A stretch of 64,000 nucleotides of DNA from Prevotella sp. Lineage in GTDB: Bacteria; Bacteroidota; Bacteroidia; Bacteroidales; Dysgonomonadaceae. The first letter of the stretch is position 1, and each line of letters starts with the position of its first letter. A program made the translations under genes and the position numbers. The stretch spans positions 1 through 64,000 of the forward strand of contig JAITVV010000073.1 of NCBI GenBank assembly GCA_031285625.1. The letters run 5' to 3'. The notes below the pieces were generated by a model, which saw nothing but the letters and a program-made list of their open reading frames with translations, was not told where the DNA came from and did no database searches. Of this stretch, positions 1 through 11,426 are shown piece after piece.

Positions 1-273
1 CTGATAACTCAAAAATGGATAGCCATGTATCCGCTTGGCACAGAGGCTTGGAGTGAACAACGCCGTACGGGCTACCCTCATTTTTTTCCTGTACTGGTGA
101 ACTCGAGCACCGATCCTAATCTGAAAACCAGACTGGCTTCCCGTATTCCGTTTCCACCGAATGAACAAAATAATAATAAGCAAAATTATGACGAAGCCGT
201 AAGATTACTGGGTGGCGATGATAACTACAGCACTAAATTATGGTGGGACAAAAATCCAAACAAAGGCTGGTAG
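1..273 (+). CDS. SusD/RagB family nutrient-binding lipoprotein, C-terminal part (partial)
   Basis: Frame open from base 1: LITQKWIAMYPLGTEAWSEQRRTGYP...R.PFP..E...N...LWWD, the typical SusD-like C-terminus. Confidence 0.9.
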   Translation: MITQKWIAMYPLGTEAWSEQRRTGYPHFFPVLVNSSTDPNLKTRLASRIPFPPNEQNNNKQNYDEAVRLLGGDDNYSTKLWWDKNPNKGW

Positions 274-340
274 TAGTGTATGACATATAATAAATGTCCC
301 GTTTTGGACTTAAGGCATTAACTATCATTCCAAAATTATC

Positions 341-378
341 ACAGGTAGCAGGTTACAAACTTGCTGCCTGTATTCTTT
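341..378 (+). terminator. Intrinsic terminator after susD
   Basis: ACAGGTAGCAGGTT-aca-AACTTGCTGCCTGT stem (G-U pairs on + strand) followed by attcttt. Confidence 0.6.
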
Positions 379-414
379 CCCATTTATATCATGGTTAGTA
401 TAGCAAGCAATGGA

Positions 415-525
415 GATTGTTGATTTTTCCAATACCGGATCAACTTCATAAAGGTTGCCTCCGCAATCCACACAATGGTTAGAGGTGTGCTTGATTATCT
501 CATCGGGGGTGTCTATTATCTTACA
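415..525 (-). pseudogene. Probable IS66-family transposase fragment
   Basis: IIDTPDEIIKHTSNHCVDCGGNLYEVDPVLE resembles the IS66 PDEII..H.P..C..CG.DL zinc-finger segment; flanking peptide does not continue the similarity. Confidence 0.45.
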
Positions 526-873
526 AAGCAGCTGAAAATCTTCAGTCAAAGAGTTTGCGGGCTTTTGTGGAAAAGAATAAACCCAAGATTGCAATACGGA
601 CTTCCATGTCGGATTTCAGAGAGGAGATATGGCTGACAAACCTGCCTCTATATATGATTAATGAACTGGCCGGTTATTTAGAATCTAAAACCTGATTAAA
701 AAATATAGTGTATAAATATTGTTGTCTAACTATTGTCCAACAAAAAAAGTTTGTAAAAAAAATCAAAAAAAATCGGATAAATATAAACGATTGTTTATAA
801 AAGTTTTACCTTTGATATTCTTTCAAAAACCAGGTGATGAAATATAAAAAATAGAAATTTTCTCGTCTAACAA

Positions 874-911
874 TTTGGAAGGAATGGAAAAATCTGTATC
901 TTTGCATCCGC
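874..911 (+). promoter_or_regulatory. Strong Bacteroidota sigma-70 promoter of the stable-RNA (rrn/tRNA) type
   Basis: TTTG(874-877)-N19-TATCTTTG(897-904) followed by CATCCGC. Confidence 0.75.
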
Positions 912-1098
912 TTACCGGGAGAGGGGCAGCAAATCAAGGAGATTTGAAGAAGAGAAAGTATTGAAAACTTAGTCAAACAATAGAGACTTAGATTATAAAT
1001 ATTATAAACTGAAGTTGTACAATTGTTAGACGAAAGCCAAGATATAAGAAGCGTAATCCCGCTGATTATGAGTCCATTTGGGAAGATAAAATACACTC

Positions 1099-1510
1099 CA
1101 CCTGGGAGTACTACGTGAGAGAAAAGATATGAACGTTGTATTGCATTTCCAATCGGAATATGCAACAGTCATATCCTGCATGAAAAATAAGCCGTAAAGA
1201 CTTTAATGTAGTGGCAGAAGTACCCTGTTATTGTGGACGGGAAATCCCGGTAATTCCTTATTACAGACCAGGTTCTCCTGAATTAGCAAAAGCTGTAACA
1301 GAGGCATTAGCTGAGCATGACTGTGCGCTGATGAGTAAGCATGGACAGGTTGTTTGTGGAAAAGATTTTGATGATGCTTTCCAAAAGGCAGTATTTTTCG
1401 AAATGGCATGTAAAATTATCGTCCTTGCAGGCGAAGGAAACTATCTGACACTAACAGAAGAAGAAATTCACGACCTTGATGTCTATATCTTAGGAAAAGC
1501 AGATAAATAA
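1099..1510 (+). pseudogene. fucA: L-fuculose-1-phosphate (class II) aldolase, 5'-truncated and frameshifted
   Basis: HLGVLRERKDMNVVLHFQSEYATVISCMKNKP in one frame (1099-1194), one extra base at about 1195, then KDFNVVAEVPC...YYRPGSPELA...HGQVVCG in the next frame; stop at 1087 in the upstream frame, N-terminus absent. Confidence 0.85.
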
Positions 1511-1583
1511 TTTATTCTGTAATAAGCCCTACCCTACTTTTTTTAATATTGACTTACAGTTAACAACTATAAGATCATATAAT

Positions 1584-3047
1584 ATGTCATATTTAGCCTT
1601 AGATCTGGGTGCCGGAAGTGGACGTGCTATTGTTGGTACTATCCAAAACGATCGTATACACCTCGAAGAAGTTCATCGATTTAGTAACCCTCCGGTAAAA
1701 CTCGGAAATACGTTATATTGGGATTTCCTTTCTTTATTTGAAAATATAAAACAAGGAATAAGTTTAGCCGTAAAAAAAGGATACGACCTGAAAGGAATTG
1801 CCGTAGATACATGGGGTGTTGATTTCGGGTTGATAGATGCAAATGGCAATCTCTTATCCAATCCGGTATGTTACCGTGATTGCAGAACAGAAGGGTTATC
1901 GATAAGTTCTTCGGAACATATATCCAAAGAAGAATTATATACTATCACAGGTATTCAGCAAATGGATATCAATACAATCTTCCAGTTATGGAGTTTGAAG
2001 AAAAACAATAATCCGATTCTTCCAGTAACAGATAAATTACTCTTTACCCCCGATCTAATCAATTATTTTCTGACCGGAGTAATAGCCAACGAATATACTA
2101 TAGCATCCACGTCCCAATTACTTAATGCCCAAACAAAAAAATGGAGCGATAGAATATTTGACGGGCTTCAACTTCCGGTCGGTATAATGAGTGAAATTAA
2201 GGCTCCTTGCACCCTTCTGGGTAAACTAGATAGTCAGATCATTGAAGAAACAGGTGCTAAAAATGTAAATGTATTTACTGTTGGATCTCATGATACGGCA
2301 AGTGCCATTGCTGCAATACCCGAAACGGGAAATGACTGGGCATTCCTTAGTTCAGGTACATGGTCGTTATTGGGTATTCTGAATGATAAACCTGTTTTAT
2401 CACAAGAAGCCATGCTCAACGATTTCACCAACGAAGGAGGAGTAAATGATAAAATACTGTTTATGCGTAATATTACAGGACTATGGCTTCTCCAACGGTT
2501 AATAGCAGAATGGGAAAAAGAGAAACTAAATAGTTCATACAAATACATCCTCGCACAAGCTGAAAAGGCAGATCCATTCCAAAGTATCGTTAATAGCGAT
2601 GATCCAGCCTTTACCCATCCTGTATCAATGACAAAAGCAATACAGAACTATTGTTCTAAAACAGGACAATCCATGCCTAATACACAAGGCGAATTAGTAA
2701 GATGTGTACTGGAATCACTAGCCATCAAATATTATCATGTGATGGAAAAATTGAAAGGATGTTCAGGCAGAAATTTCTCAAAACTCTATATAGTTGGAGG
2801 AGGAAGCCAAAATACACTATTTAATCAGTTTATAGCAAATTCATTGAACATAGAAGTAGTAACTGGTATTTCAGAAGCTACAGTTGTGGGTAATGTGATT
2901 CAACAGGCAATAACAGATAAAACAATATCCGGATGGGAACAAGCCCATACAATAATTCGAAATAGTTTTAGTTTTAAAAGCTGTTATCCTAAAAATATAC
3001 ATAAATGGAAAGAGATCGCACTGAGTGCCACACATCTTTTCAACTAA
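1584..3047 (+). CDS. fucK: L-fuculokinase / rhamnulokinase family FGGY kinase
   Basis: LALDLGAGSGR, DTWGVD, GSHDTASA, SSGTWSLLG, NITGLWLLQ, IVGGGSQN motifs; lies between fucA and fucP. Confidence 0.85.
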   Translation: MSYLALDLGAGSGRAIVGTIQNDRIHLEEVHRFSNPPVKLGNTLYWDFLSLFENIKQGISLAVKKGYDLKGIAVDTWGVDFGLIDANGNLLSNPVCYRDCRTEGLSISSSEHISKEELYTITGIQQMDINTIFQLWSLKKNNNPILPVTDKLLFTPDLINYFLTGVIANEYTIASTSQLLNAQTKKWSDRIFDGLQLPVGIMSEIKAPCTLLGKLDSQIIEETGAKNVNVFTVGSHDTASAIAAIPETGNDWAFLSSGTWSLLGILNDKPVLSQEAMLNDFTNEGGVNDKILFMRNITGLWLLQRLIAEWEKEKLNSSYKYILAQAEKADPFQSIVNSDDPAFTHPVSMTKAIQNYCSKTGQSMPNTQGELVRCVLESLAIKYYHVMEKLKGCSGRNFSKLYIVGGGSQNTLFNQFIANSLNIEVVTGISEATVVGNVIQQAITDKTISGWEQAHTIIRNSFSFKSCYPKNIHKWKEIALSATHLFN

Positions 3048-3065
3048 ATAACCAATAATACAACC

Positions 3066-4298
3066 ATGAATAACAACCAAACAGCTTCCATGTTTAGAGG
3101 TAAACAAGGGCAGAATTACCTATTTCCTTTTATCCTTGTAACAAGCTTATTCTTCCTTTGGGGTTTTGCCCATGCTTTGTTAGATGTACTGAATGCCCAC
3201 TTCCAGGAAATACTGCAAATTTCAAAAGCACGGTCAGCATTAGTCCAGTTTGCTTTATATGGCGGTTATTTTGTGATGGGTATACCGGCAGGCTTGATTA
3301 TAAAAAAATATGGATATAAAAAAGGTATTGTATTCGGTTTATTTGTATTTGCAATAGGTGCATTCCTTTTCTATCCGGCCACTTTGATTAAAACATTCTA
3401 TCCCTTCCTTATAGCCCTATTTGTGATAGCTTGTGGTTTAACTTGTTTGGAAACAGCAGCTAATCCATATACAACAGTTCTAGGACCACCCCAATCCGGC
3501 GCAAGGCGTATAAATTTAGCTCAGTCTTTTAATGGCTTAGGCTGGATATTAGGGCCACTTGTAGGAGGAATGCTGATCTTTTCGGGAGAAGGAGATCCTT
3601 TTGCTGCTCTGGCAAAACCATATATTGGGATTGGTATCGTAGTATTACTTATTGCTGTTTTATTTATCAGGACGCCACTCCCGCAAATTTCGGCAGAAGA
3701 TGCAGATACAGTATCCACTTCTGATAATACCAAAAGCCGATATCGTGATTTATTAAAACATCCTCTTTTTATATTTGCAGTCATTGCCCAGTTTTTCTAT
3801 GTAGCAGGACAAACAGGTATTGGTAGTTTCTTTATTAATTATGTAATAGAAGTACGCCCAGACATAAGCCATTTAGAAGCTTCACAGATACTTGCATTTG
3901 GTGGTATGGGAATGTTTATGGTCGGCAGAATCACCGGAAGTTATATAATGAAGTTTTTCAATCCTAAAAAATTACTAACAATCTATGCTATTGCAAATAT
4001 ATTATTAATGATTGTTGTAGTCATGGGGTTAGGTATGACATCTGTTATATGTCTGTTTGCATCTTATTTCTTTATGTCGATCATGTATCCCACCATATTC
4101 GCTGTTGGAATAAGCGGACTTAAAGAGAATACGGAAAAAGGATCGTCACTAATTGTAATGGCCGTTGCGGGTGGAGCAGTCATCCCCATGCTGATGGGAC
4201 GCATTGCTGATGTATGGTCAATGGCTGTAGGATTCCTTGTACCACTTATTTGTTTTGTCGTTATAATGATCTTTGGATTAAGTAAACTAAAAAACTAA
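3066..4298 (+). CDS. fucP: L-fucose:H+ symporter (MFS, FHS family)
   Basis: LFFLWGFAH, LETAANPY, RINLAQSFNGLG, FMSIMYPTIF motifs; many hydrophobic helices. Confidence 0.9.
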   Translation: MNNNQTASMFRGKQGQNYLFPFILVTSLFFLWGFAHALLDVLNAHFQEILQISKARSALVQFALYGGYFVMGIPAGLIIKKYGYKKGIVFGLFVFAIGAFLFYPATLIKTFYPFLIALFVIACGLTCLETAANPYTTVLGPPQSGARRINLAQSFNGLGWILGPLVGGMLIFSGEGDPFAALAKPYIGIGIVVLLIAVLFIRTPLPQISAEDADTVSTSDNTKSRYRDLLKHPLFIFAVIAQFFYVAGQTGIGSFFINYVIEVRPDISHLEASQILAFGGMGMFMVGRITGSYIMKFFNPKKLLTIYAIANILLMIVVVMGLGMTSVICLFASYFFMSIMYPTIFAVGISGLKENTEKGSSLIVMAVAGGAVIPMLMGRIADVWSMAVGFLVPLICFVVIMIFGLSKLKN

Positions 4299-4309
4299 GT
4301 TCAATCATC

Positions 4310-4332
4310 AGGGAGCTTTTAGCTCCCTTTTT
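4310..4332 (+). terminator. Intrinsic terminator after fucP
   Basis: AGGGAGCT-ttt-AGCTCCCT followed by T run. Confidence 0.8.
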
Positions 4333-4396
4333 CTTTATTTCTCAATTCAACCTAAATTTTATATGTTATATTTGTGTATAACATATAAGATCAATA

Positions 4397-5761
4397 ATGA
4401 AAAAAGGATGTATACTTATAGTTGATGATAATAAGAATGTACTAAGCGCTTTACGTCTTTTGTTAGGTAACTACTTTGAAGAAGTATATTTGTTATCATC
4501 GCCTAATACACTAATTCATGACCTCAAAGAGAAAAATCCCGATGTTATTTTATTAGACATGAATTTTTCGGCGGGAATCAATACCGGAAATGAGGGTTTA
4601 TTCTGGCTTTCCGAAATAAAAAAAACAGATAAAGAAATACCGGTTGTACTCTTTACAGCCTATGCCGATATAGAGTTAGCCGTGAATGCATTAAAGAAAG
4701 GGGCAACAGATTTTGTTGTCAAGCCTTGGGATAATACAAAACTACTGGCAACATTACAGGCAGCATATGATCTCAGACAATCTAAAAAAGAAGTTAAAAA
4801 GCTTAGAGAAAAGCAATCTGTCCTCAATGAACAGCAGAATAAAAATGAAATATGCTGGGGACAATCGGAAGTAATGCGAAATCTATTAATGATGATAGAG
4901 AAAGTCGCAAAAACAGATGCTAATGTATTAATAACAGGTGAAAACGGAACGGGAAAGGAACTTATAGCACAGAAAATACATTTTTCTTCGCTAAGGGCAA
5001 ATGAAACCTTAGTAAATGTAGATATGGGCTCCATAACAGAAACATTGTTCGAAAGCGAATTATTCGGACATATAAAAGGTGCTTTTACTGATGCGAGAAC
5101 AGATCGGGCAGGAAAATTCGAGGCAGCTGATAAAGGAACACTTTTTCTTGATGAGATAGGAAACTTAAGTTATCCTTTACAAGCTAAATTATTAACGGCC
5201 CTACAATCCCGTAAGGTAACCCGGGTTGGAAGTAACTCATCTATTCCAATAGATATAAGGCTGATTTCAGCAACAAATAAAGATTTGTTTAAGTCTGTTC
5301 AGAATGGTGATTTCCGTGAAGACCTTCTATATCGTATTAATACAATTCATATTGAAGTACCTCCACTAAGAGAACGCAGGGAAGATATTGTTCTATTATC
5401 TAACTTCTTTCTGGAAAAATTTTCCAAAAAATATAATAAGTCAGGGCTAATTTTGAGTGAGAAAGCTAAAAGCAAGTTAGAAAATTACACATGGCCCGGA
5501 AATGTACGTGAGCTACAGCATGCAATAGAGAAAGCTGTAATATTGAGCGATAATGAGATACTACAGGACTATGATTTTCAAACACGTGGAATAGAAGATA
5601 AGGCTGCAATGATTGATTCTATTTCGCTGGAAGAAATGGAGAAAATATTAATAGAGAAAAGTTTACAAAGACACAACAGAAATATGTCCGTAACAGCCGA
5701 TCAGCTTGGCATTACCAGACCTACATTATATAGTAAGATGAAAAAGTACGGACTCTCATAA
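4397..5761 (+). CDS. Sigma-54-dependent response regulator (REC-AAA+-Fis HTH)
   Basis: ILIVDD...LLDMNF receiver, GENGTGKE Walker A, ELFGHIKGAFTDA, LFLDEIG, WPGNVREL, C-terminal LGITRPTLY HTH. Confidence 0.95.
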   Translation: MKKGCILIVDDNKNVLSALRLLLGNYFEEVYLLSSPNTLIHDLKEKNPDVILLDMNFSAGINTGNEGLFWLSEIKKTDKEIPVVLFTAYADIELAVNALKKGATDFVVKPWDNTKLLATLQAAYDLRQSKKEVKKLREKQSVLNEQQNKNEICWGQSEVMRNLLMMIEKVAKTDANVLITGENGTGKELIAQKIHFSSLRANETLVNVDMGSITETLFESELFGHIKGAFTDARTDRAGKFEAADKGTLFLDEIGNLSYPLQAKLLTALQSRKVTRVGSNSSIPIDIRLISATNKDLFKSVQNGDFREDLLYRINTIHIEVPPLRERREDIVLLSNFFLEKFSKKYNKSGLILSEKAKSKLENYTWPGNVRELQHAIEKAVILSDNEILQDYDFQTRGIEDKAAMIDSISLEEMEKILIEKSLQRHNRNMSVTADQLGITRPTLYSKMKKYGLS

Positions 5762-5772
5762 TTCATTATAGA

Positions 5773-7092
5773 ATGTTTACATCAATATTATACAGATTAA
5801 TTTTCTTCACCGGATTATTGATAGTATCTGTAATATTACTCACATATTGTATTTTTCAGGAGCAGTATATATACGCGTTTATTCCGGCATTATTGGTTTT
5901 CGAAAGCCTTTATTCCATGTATTATCATTACAAGAAATATGATGAAAATATCCTCTTTCTTCTCAATGCTTTGGATAATGGCGATTACTCATTCTATTTT
6001 ACAGAAAATAAATCGTCGAGAAGAGAACGCGAACTCAATACAATGCTTAACCGGATAAAGGTTATTATAACAAATGCAAGAAAAGAAGTTATCGAAAATG
6101 AGAAGTTCCTAAGTCTGATTGTTGAAAGCATCTCAACCGGTATTGTTATCTTCGATGACAGGGGAAATGTGCAGACAGTAAATGAGGCCGCAAAACAGCT
6201 ACTAGGACTACAGGTATTTACACACCTTAGCCAGTTAAAATATGTAGACGAGACATTCCCTGAACTATTTAAGAATATCCAGCCACAGGATAACAAACAA
6301 ATAAAGATAGTAAATGAACGTGAAGAGGTTCTGGTGAGTTTACGCGTTTCGAATATAAAGCTGAAAAGAGGAGTGATGAAGGTCGTTATATTCAACAATA
6401 TTGAAAACGAACTGGAAGCAAAAGAAATAGAGTCATGGATACGCCTGATACGGGTTATGACTCACGAGATAATGAATTCTATAGCCCCTATCACCTCACT
6501 AACCGAAACTTTATTATACTCACATAAAGAGAAACAAACAGATGATGAAACATTAAATAAGAACACAGTAGAAGCACTGGAAACTATAAATTCAACAGCC
6601 AGAGGATTACTTACATTTGTAGATTCATATCGCAAATTTACAGGTGTACCAAAGCCTCAACTCAATAAGTTTGAATTAAATACTGTACTTGAAAAAGTCC
6701 TGCATCTGGAATCATATCGATTGAAAGAAAAAAACATATTTTTTGAGATTATCTCTCCCAATAATGTTTCTCTATATGCTGACGAAATACAAATAACACA
6801 GGTTTTGGTTAATCTGATAAAAAATGCAGAGGAAGCAATAGAGAAAAATAATAATGGAAAAATTCAAATTAAGGTTATAGAAAATCCGGATAAGATTCAA
6901 ATAGATGTTTGTAATAATGGAAAATTAATACCTCAGGATATTGCTCCACATATATTTATTCCATTTTTCACAACACGTGATTCCGGTACAGGAATAGGAT
7001 TAAGTATATCACGTTATATAATGCGTTTGCATGGGGGTAATTTGAAACACCATGCCAAAGATAATTGGACTATCTTTAGCATGGTGTTCTGA
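5773..7092 (+). CDS. Sensor histidine kinase with PAS-like domain (NtrY-like)
   Basis: Two N-terminal TM helices, THEIMNSIAP H-box, NLIKNA N-box, PFFTT and GTGIGL. Confidence 0.92.
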   Translation: MFTSILYRLIFFTGLLIVSVILLTYCIFQEQYIYAFIPALLVFESLYSMYYHYKKYDENILFLLNALDNGDYSFYFTENKSSRRERELNTMLNRIKVIITNARKEVIENEKFLSLIVESISTGIVIFDDRGNVQTVNEAAKQLLGLQVFTHLSQLKYVDETFPELFKNIQPQDNKQIKIVNEREEVLVSLRVSNIKLKRGVMKVVIFNNIENELEAKEIESWIRLIRVMTHEIMNSIAPITSLTETLLYSHKEKQTDDETLNKNTVEALETINSTARGLLTFVDSYRKFTGVPKPQLNKFELNTVLEKVLHLESYRLKEKNIFFEIISPNNVSLYADEIQITQVLVNLIKNAEEAIEKNNNGKIQIKVIENPDKIQIDVCNNGKLIPQDIAPHIFIPFFTTRDSGTGIGLSISRYIMRLHGGNLKHHAKDNWTIFSMVF

Positions 7093-7099
7093 ATCCTGT

Positions 7100-9432
7100 T
7101 TACTCACTTTTTAGTGACTTCACAGGATTTGCCGTCGCTGCTTTCCAGCTCTGCAATGATATGGAAACTATAGATAAAATCAGAACGATAATTCCGGTTG
7201 CTGCAAAAATCCACCAACTAATATCTGTCTTGTATGGATAATTTTCTAACCAACGTTGTATTGCATAATAGGCTAGCGGCACAGCAATGACAAAAGCCAG
7301 AACAATCCAACGGACAAAATTCAGATTCAACATAACCATGATCTCTCCCTCTGTAGCACCATTCACTTTTCGGATACCTATCTCCTTTTCTTTTTGACGG
7401 ACATAGTATAAAGACATAGCAAATATCCCCATCAAGAGAATTACGAATGTAAGTATAGTAAATGCAGTTAATATCTTAGCGGTTTTTTCTTCCCCTGCAT
7501 ACCATTCCTGAACAGTATCATCTGCAAATTTTGCATCATATGGTAAGCCTCCGTTGAAATCGGAATATACTTTTTTTATTTCATCAGCAGTTCTGAATGG
7601 ATCTGCTCCTTCTTTTATTTTTATTATTATAGACCATGGCCACCAATGCTCGTTCAGTAAATTGATCATCAGAGGGCCTGTATCGGTATGCAGAGAACGG
7701 AAATGAATATTGTTTATAATACCTGCTACTTGCATAGGATTATCATTTCCCCAATTTATAGTATAAGATATGCTATCAGGCTGTAATGCGTCATAACCTT
7801 TCTGGTTCAACCAGATTGTTTTATCAGATGGTGTTACACCTGTAGATTTTATCTTTATGTCGAATATATCGAAAAATGCAGTATCGACACTAAACATTTG
7901 AAAACTCAGAGATTGTCCTTTATATTCGAAAGAATTATTATTTCCTCCATCCAGAGGAGTTCCACTCGAAAATGAGACTCTATCTACACCAGCAATACCT
8001 TCCAATAGACTTCGCAAAGCGGGTACTCTTTCAGGAGGAATTGTGTTATCCATTTTTAGTATATTATCTTTACTAAATCCCAGATCATAATTTTTCATGA
8101 AGAAGGTTTGCTTGATAATAAATGCACTACAAGCCAGAAGGGCAATGGCAACTACATATTGAAATGAAATCAATATCTTAGAATAAACTGATTTTATTTT
8201 CAGCATGTATGTACCCTTGATTACCTCTATCGGCTGAAATTTAGATACCGTGAATGCCGGAATCAGACCTGATATTGCCCCAATAACAAATATAGATACC
8301 ACTATTAACAAGCTAAATGAGATGTCAAGCAGTTGCTGCCCTAGATTTAATGTGGTATTCAACACCTCATTAAAGAAAGGTTCGGCAAGGAATGCCAGAA
8401 ACAGTCCAATGATAAATGAAATAATTGTCATTATCACCGATTCGGATACAAACTGATTAATAAGATCCTTCTTATTACATCCCAATAACTTCTTCATAGC
8501 TGCTTCTTTACCTCTTTTTCCAGCCTGGGATACAGACAAATTGATATAATTAAGGATAGCTACAATCAGAATGAGAATTGTAATAGATAAGTAAATAGAC
8601 ACAAGAGTCTTACTATTTGTCCTGATATTGGCAAAAGAGGTATTTACTCCAGTAAAATAAACTTCTGTAAGGGGTATAAATGTCACATCCTTAGCAAACC
8701 CCTGTGTGTAGAACCAATATTCATGTTTTTTAAAAAGGTCTAATACAGTGGACTCTTTTCCTGAAATATCTGTCCCTTCCTTTTTCATAAGATATGTACC
8801 AAAAGATGAATTATTCCATTCTGTAAGAATATTATCACCCCAGTACTTTTGTATCATATGATAATTAATTACTACCTCACTTTTAGGTATTTGGTATTAT
8901 TGGGAAAATCCGACATCACTCCTGTTATTGCTACAGCAGTACTATCATCTATATTCAGGAATTTACCAATAGGATTTTCATCCTTAAACAATTTATGTGC
9001 CAGAGATTTAGTAACAACAGCAGTCTTCTTGGTAGCCAGTACTTTGGAGGGTTCACCTTCCAGCAGATCAAAAGAAAACATATTGAAGAATGCCGAATCT
9101 GCAAAAAGAGTCTGTATATTCATTTTTCCGGTCTCGGTTTCTATAGTTACCGGACGTGAAACAATGCGTGTATAAGACTCTATTTCAGGCAGATTATCTT
9201 TTATAAGTGTTGCTGCCCTGTTAGAAAAGTGCGCGGTCTGTTTATCTTGGGCAAGCAAATATATCCTGTCCTTATTCTTATGAAATTTATCGACTGATAA
9301 TTCTTGTTTTACATATATACTGAGTAAAAGGACGAACATCAGTGAAATGGCAAATCCAAGGAGAGTAACAAGTGTATACAGCTTGTTGTTTCCTAAAAAT
9401 TTACGATATGTTTTGAGATTAGTTAACCACAT
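7100..9432 (-). pseudogene. MacB/FtsX-family ABC permease split by a 1-nt frameshift
   Basis: ORFs 8872-9432 and 7100-8857 join into one permease (NTQIPKSEVVINYHMIQK) if one base is restored at about 8893; EIGIRKVNGA and ANPVKSLKSE motifs. Confidence 0.85.
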
Positions 9433-9460
9433 AATTAGTTATTATAAAGGTTGGCATTAG

Positions 9461-10141
9461 TTATAATTTATTCGCTACATCTGTAACAATTTGTCCGTCA
9501 AACAAATTAACAATACGATGTGCATATGAAGCATCATGCTGAGAGTGCGTTACCATTACAATAGTAGTTCCATCTCTGTTTAGATCAGACAGAAGTTTCA
9601 TCACCTCCTGCCCGTTTTTTGAATCAAGATTACCTGTAGGCTCATCGGCAAGTATAAGTTTGGGATTAGCGACTACTGCACGAGCTATTGCTACACGTTG
9701 CTGCTGTCCTCCTGACAACTGATTCGGATAATGGTTTGCACGATGGCCTATACTCATTTTTTTCATTATTTCTTCTACTCTAGCCTTGCGCTCTGATGAC
9801 TTGATTTTCAGATATACAAGAGGTAGTTCAATATTCTCAAAAACAGTCATTTCATCTATGAGGTTAAAACTCTGAAAAACAAAACCTATATTCCCTTTTC
9901 TGGCCTGTATCCTCTGTTTTTCTTTCAAGTGACCGACTTCTTTATCTGCCAGAAAGTATTCGCCTGAGGATGGATTATCCAACAATCCTATTACATTCAA
10001 CAGAGTGGATTTACCACAACCGGAAGGCCCCATAATAGCAACGAATTCACCTTCACTGACTTCCATTGAAACATTATTTAATGCTACGGTTTCCACTTCT
10101 TCTGTGCGAAAAACCTTTTTCAGATCATAAATTTTTAGCAT
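9461..10141 (-). CDS. ABC transporter ATP-binding protein (LolD/MacB-like)
   Basis: [38 protein letters not shown]. Confidence 0.95.
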   Translation of the reverse strand: MLKIYDLKKVFRTEEVETVALNNVSMEVSEGEFVAIMGPSGCGKSTLLNVIGLLDNPSSGEYFLADKEVGHLKEKQRIQARKGNIGFVFQSFNLIDEMTVFENIELPLVYLKIKSSERKARVEEIMKKMSIGHRANHYPNQLSGGQQQRVAIARAVVANPKLILADEPTGNLDSKNGQEVMKLLSDLNRDGTTIVMVTHSQHDASYAHRIVNLFDGQIVTDVANKL

Positions 10142-10164
10142 GATATCAGTCGTTTAATTTTATA

Positions 10165-11415
10165 TTAGTTAATAATTAATTCTTGTGTATCTCCATAACT
10201 ATCATATCCTGAAACTATAACTTTTTCTCCAGGTTCGAGCCCGCTTGTTACTTCATAATAATTTGGATTCTGACGGTTTATTGTAATATTCCGGCGTACA
10301 GCTTTACTCCCATCCGGTACGACAACAAATATCCAACGGCCACCGGTAGATTGATAAAATGTACCACGTGGAATAAGTATTGCATCCACAGGTTGCCCTA
10401 ATTGCAGATTGATGTAATAGGTTTGCCCTGCACGGATATTATCAGGACGATCACCAACAAAGGTAAAATCCGTTTTAAATGATTTATCTCTTACTTCAGG
10501 ATATACTTTTCGGACTTGCAAGTCATATTTTTTTTCCTGACGCTCAAATGTTGCTGTAAGTCCCTGTTTTACCCTGTCAATATAATGTTCATCAATAAGT
10601 GCTTCAATTTTATAATCGGATAATACGCTGATCTGCCCTATTCTGTTCCCTGAATTAATGGATTGCCCAATCTCCACCTCCAGTAAGCCTAATTGTCCAT
10701 CTACAGGTGATTTTACATTTAGGTTATCAACACGCTGACGCACCAGCACCAAGTTCTGCCTTATATTATGTAAACTTTCTTCCATTTGAGTGATTTGTAT
10801 TCCACGATATATAGAATCTTGTTTTTGACGTTCTACTACAAGATTTCTTCCGTCTACGGCAAAGTCATAATCCTCCTTTGCCTGTAAATACTCTTCTTTT
10901 GAGATCAAATTCTCTGAATATAATTGCTTATACTGCTGATATTTTCTCTTTTTTCTTTCTACATCCATATCCAGTTGTAGCTTCTCTTTTTTCAGGTTCA
11001 ATTTTTCCTGTTCCATGGCTACCTGTGTGTTGCGAAGAAAATTTTGTTTTTCAGCCAACTGTGCCTCACTGTCTAATATACTTAAACTAAGCATAGGATT
11101 AGTAAGGCGTATTATAGTTTGCCCCTGATGCACCATCGAACCTTCTTCTGTAAGTTTTTCGGCAACCATTCCCCCTTCCACAGCACTTAGTTGGATCGTA
11201 TTGATGGGTTGTACCTGTCCGTTTACACGTGTGTAGTCATTGAATTCTCCTTTAGTAACAGTTTCGATAGTAATCTTATTCTTGTCGATATTCAATTTAG
11301 AAGCATGGTTTCCAAATATGAGCCAACATATTGCAATAACTATTATTATCCCGACTATAAGATATGGAATATGTTTCTTTTTTAAACCTTTCTTTTTTTC
11401 TAAAGCTGTATCCAT
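10165..11415 (-). CDS. Efflux periplasmic adaptor (membrane fusion protein)
   Basis: N-terminal TM anchor, lipoyl/coiled-coil layout, VKSPVDG, GLEPGEKVIVSG. Confidence 0.9.
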   Translation of the reverse strand: MDTALEKKKGLKKKHIPYLIVGIIIVIAICWLIFGNHASKLNIDKNKITIETVTKGEFNDYTRVNGQVQPINTIQLSAVEGGMVAEKLTEEGSMVHQGQTIIRLTNPMLSLSILDSEAQLAEKQNFLRNTQVAMEQEKLNLKKEKLQLDMDVERKKRKYQQYKQLYSENLISKEEYLQAKEDYDFAVDGRNLVVERQKQDSIYRGIQITQMEESLHNIRQNLVLVRQRVDNLNVKSPVDGQLGLLEVEIGQSINSGNRIGQISVLSDYKIEALIDEHYIDRVKQGLTATFERQEKKYDLQVRKVYPEVRDKSFKTDFTFVGDRPDNIRAGQTYYINLQLGQPVDAILIPRGTFYQSTGGRWIFVVVPDGSKAVRRNITINRQNPNYYEVTSGLEPGEKVIVSGYDSYGDTQELIIN

Positions 11416-11426
11416 CTTGTTTTATA

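Noticed and set aside
806-1165. 119-aa minus-strand ORF
   Set aside because: Antisense to the promoter/leader and the fucA remnant; no recognisable protein motif.
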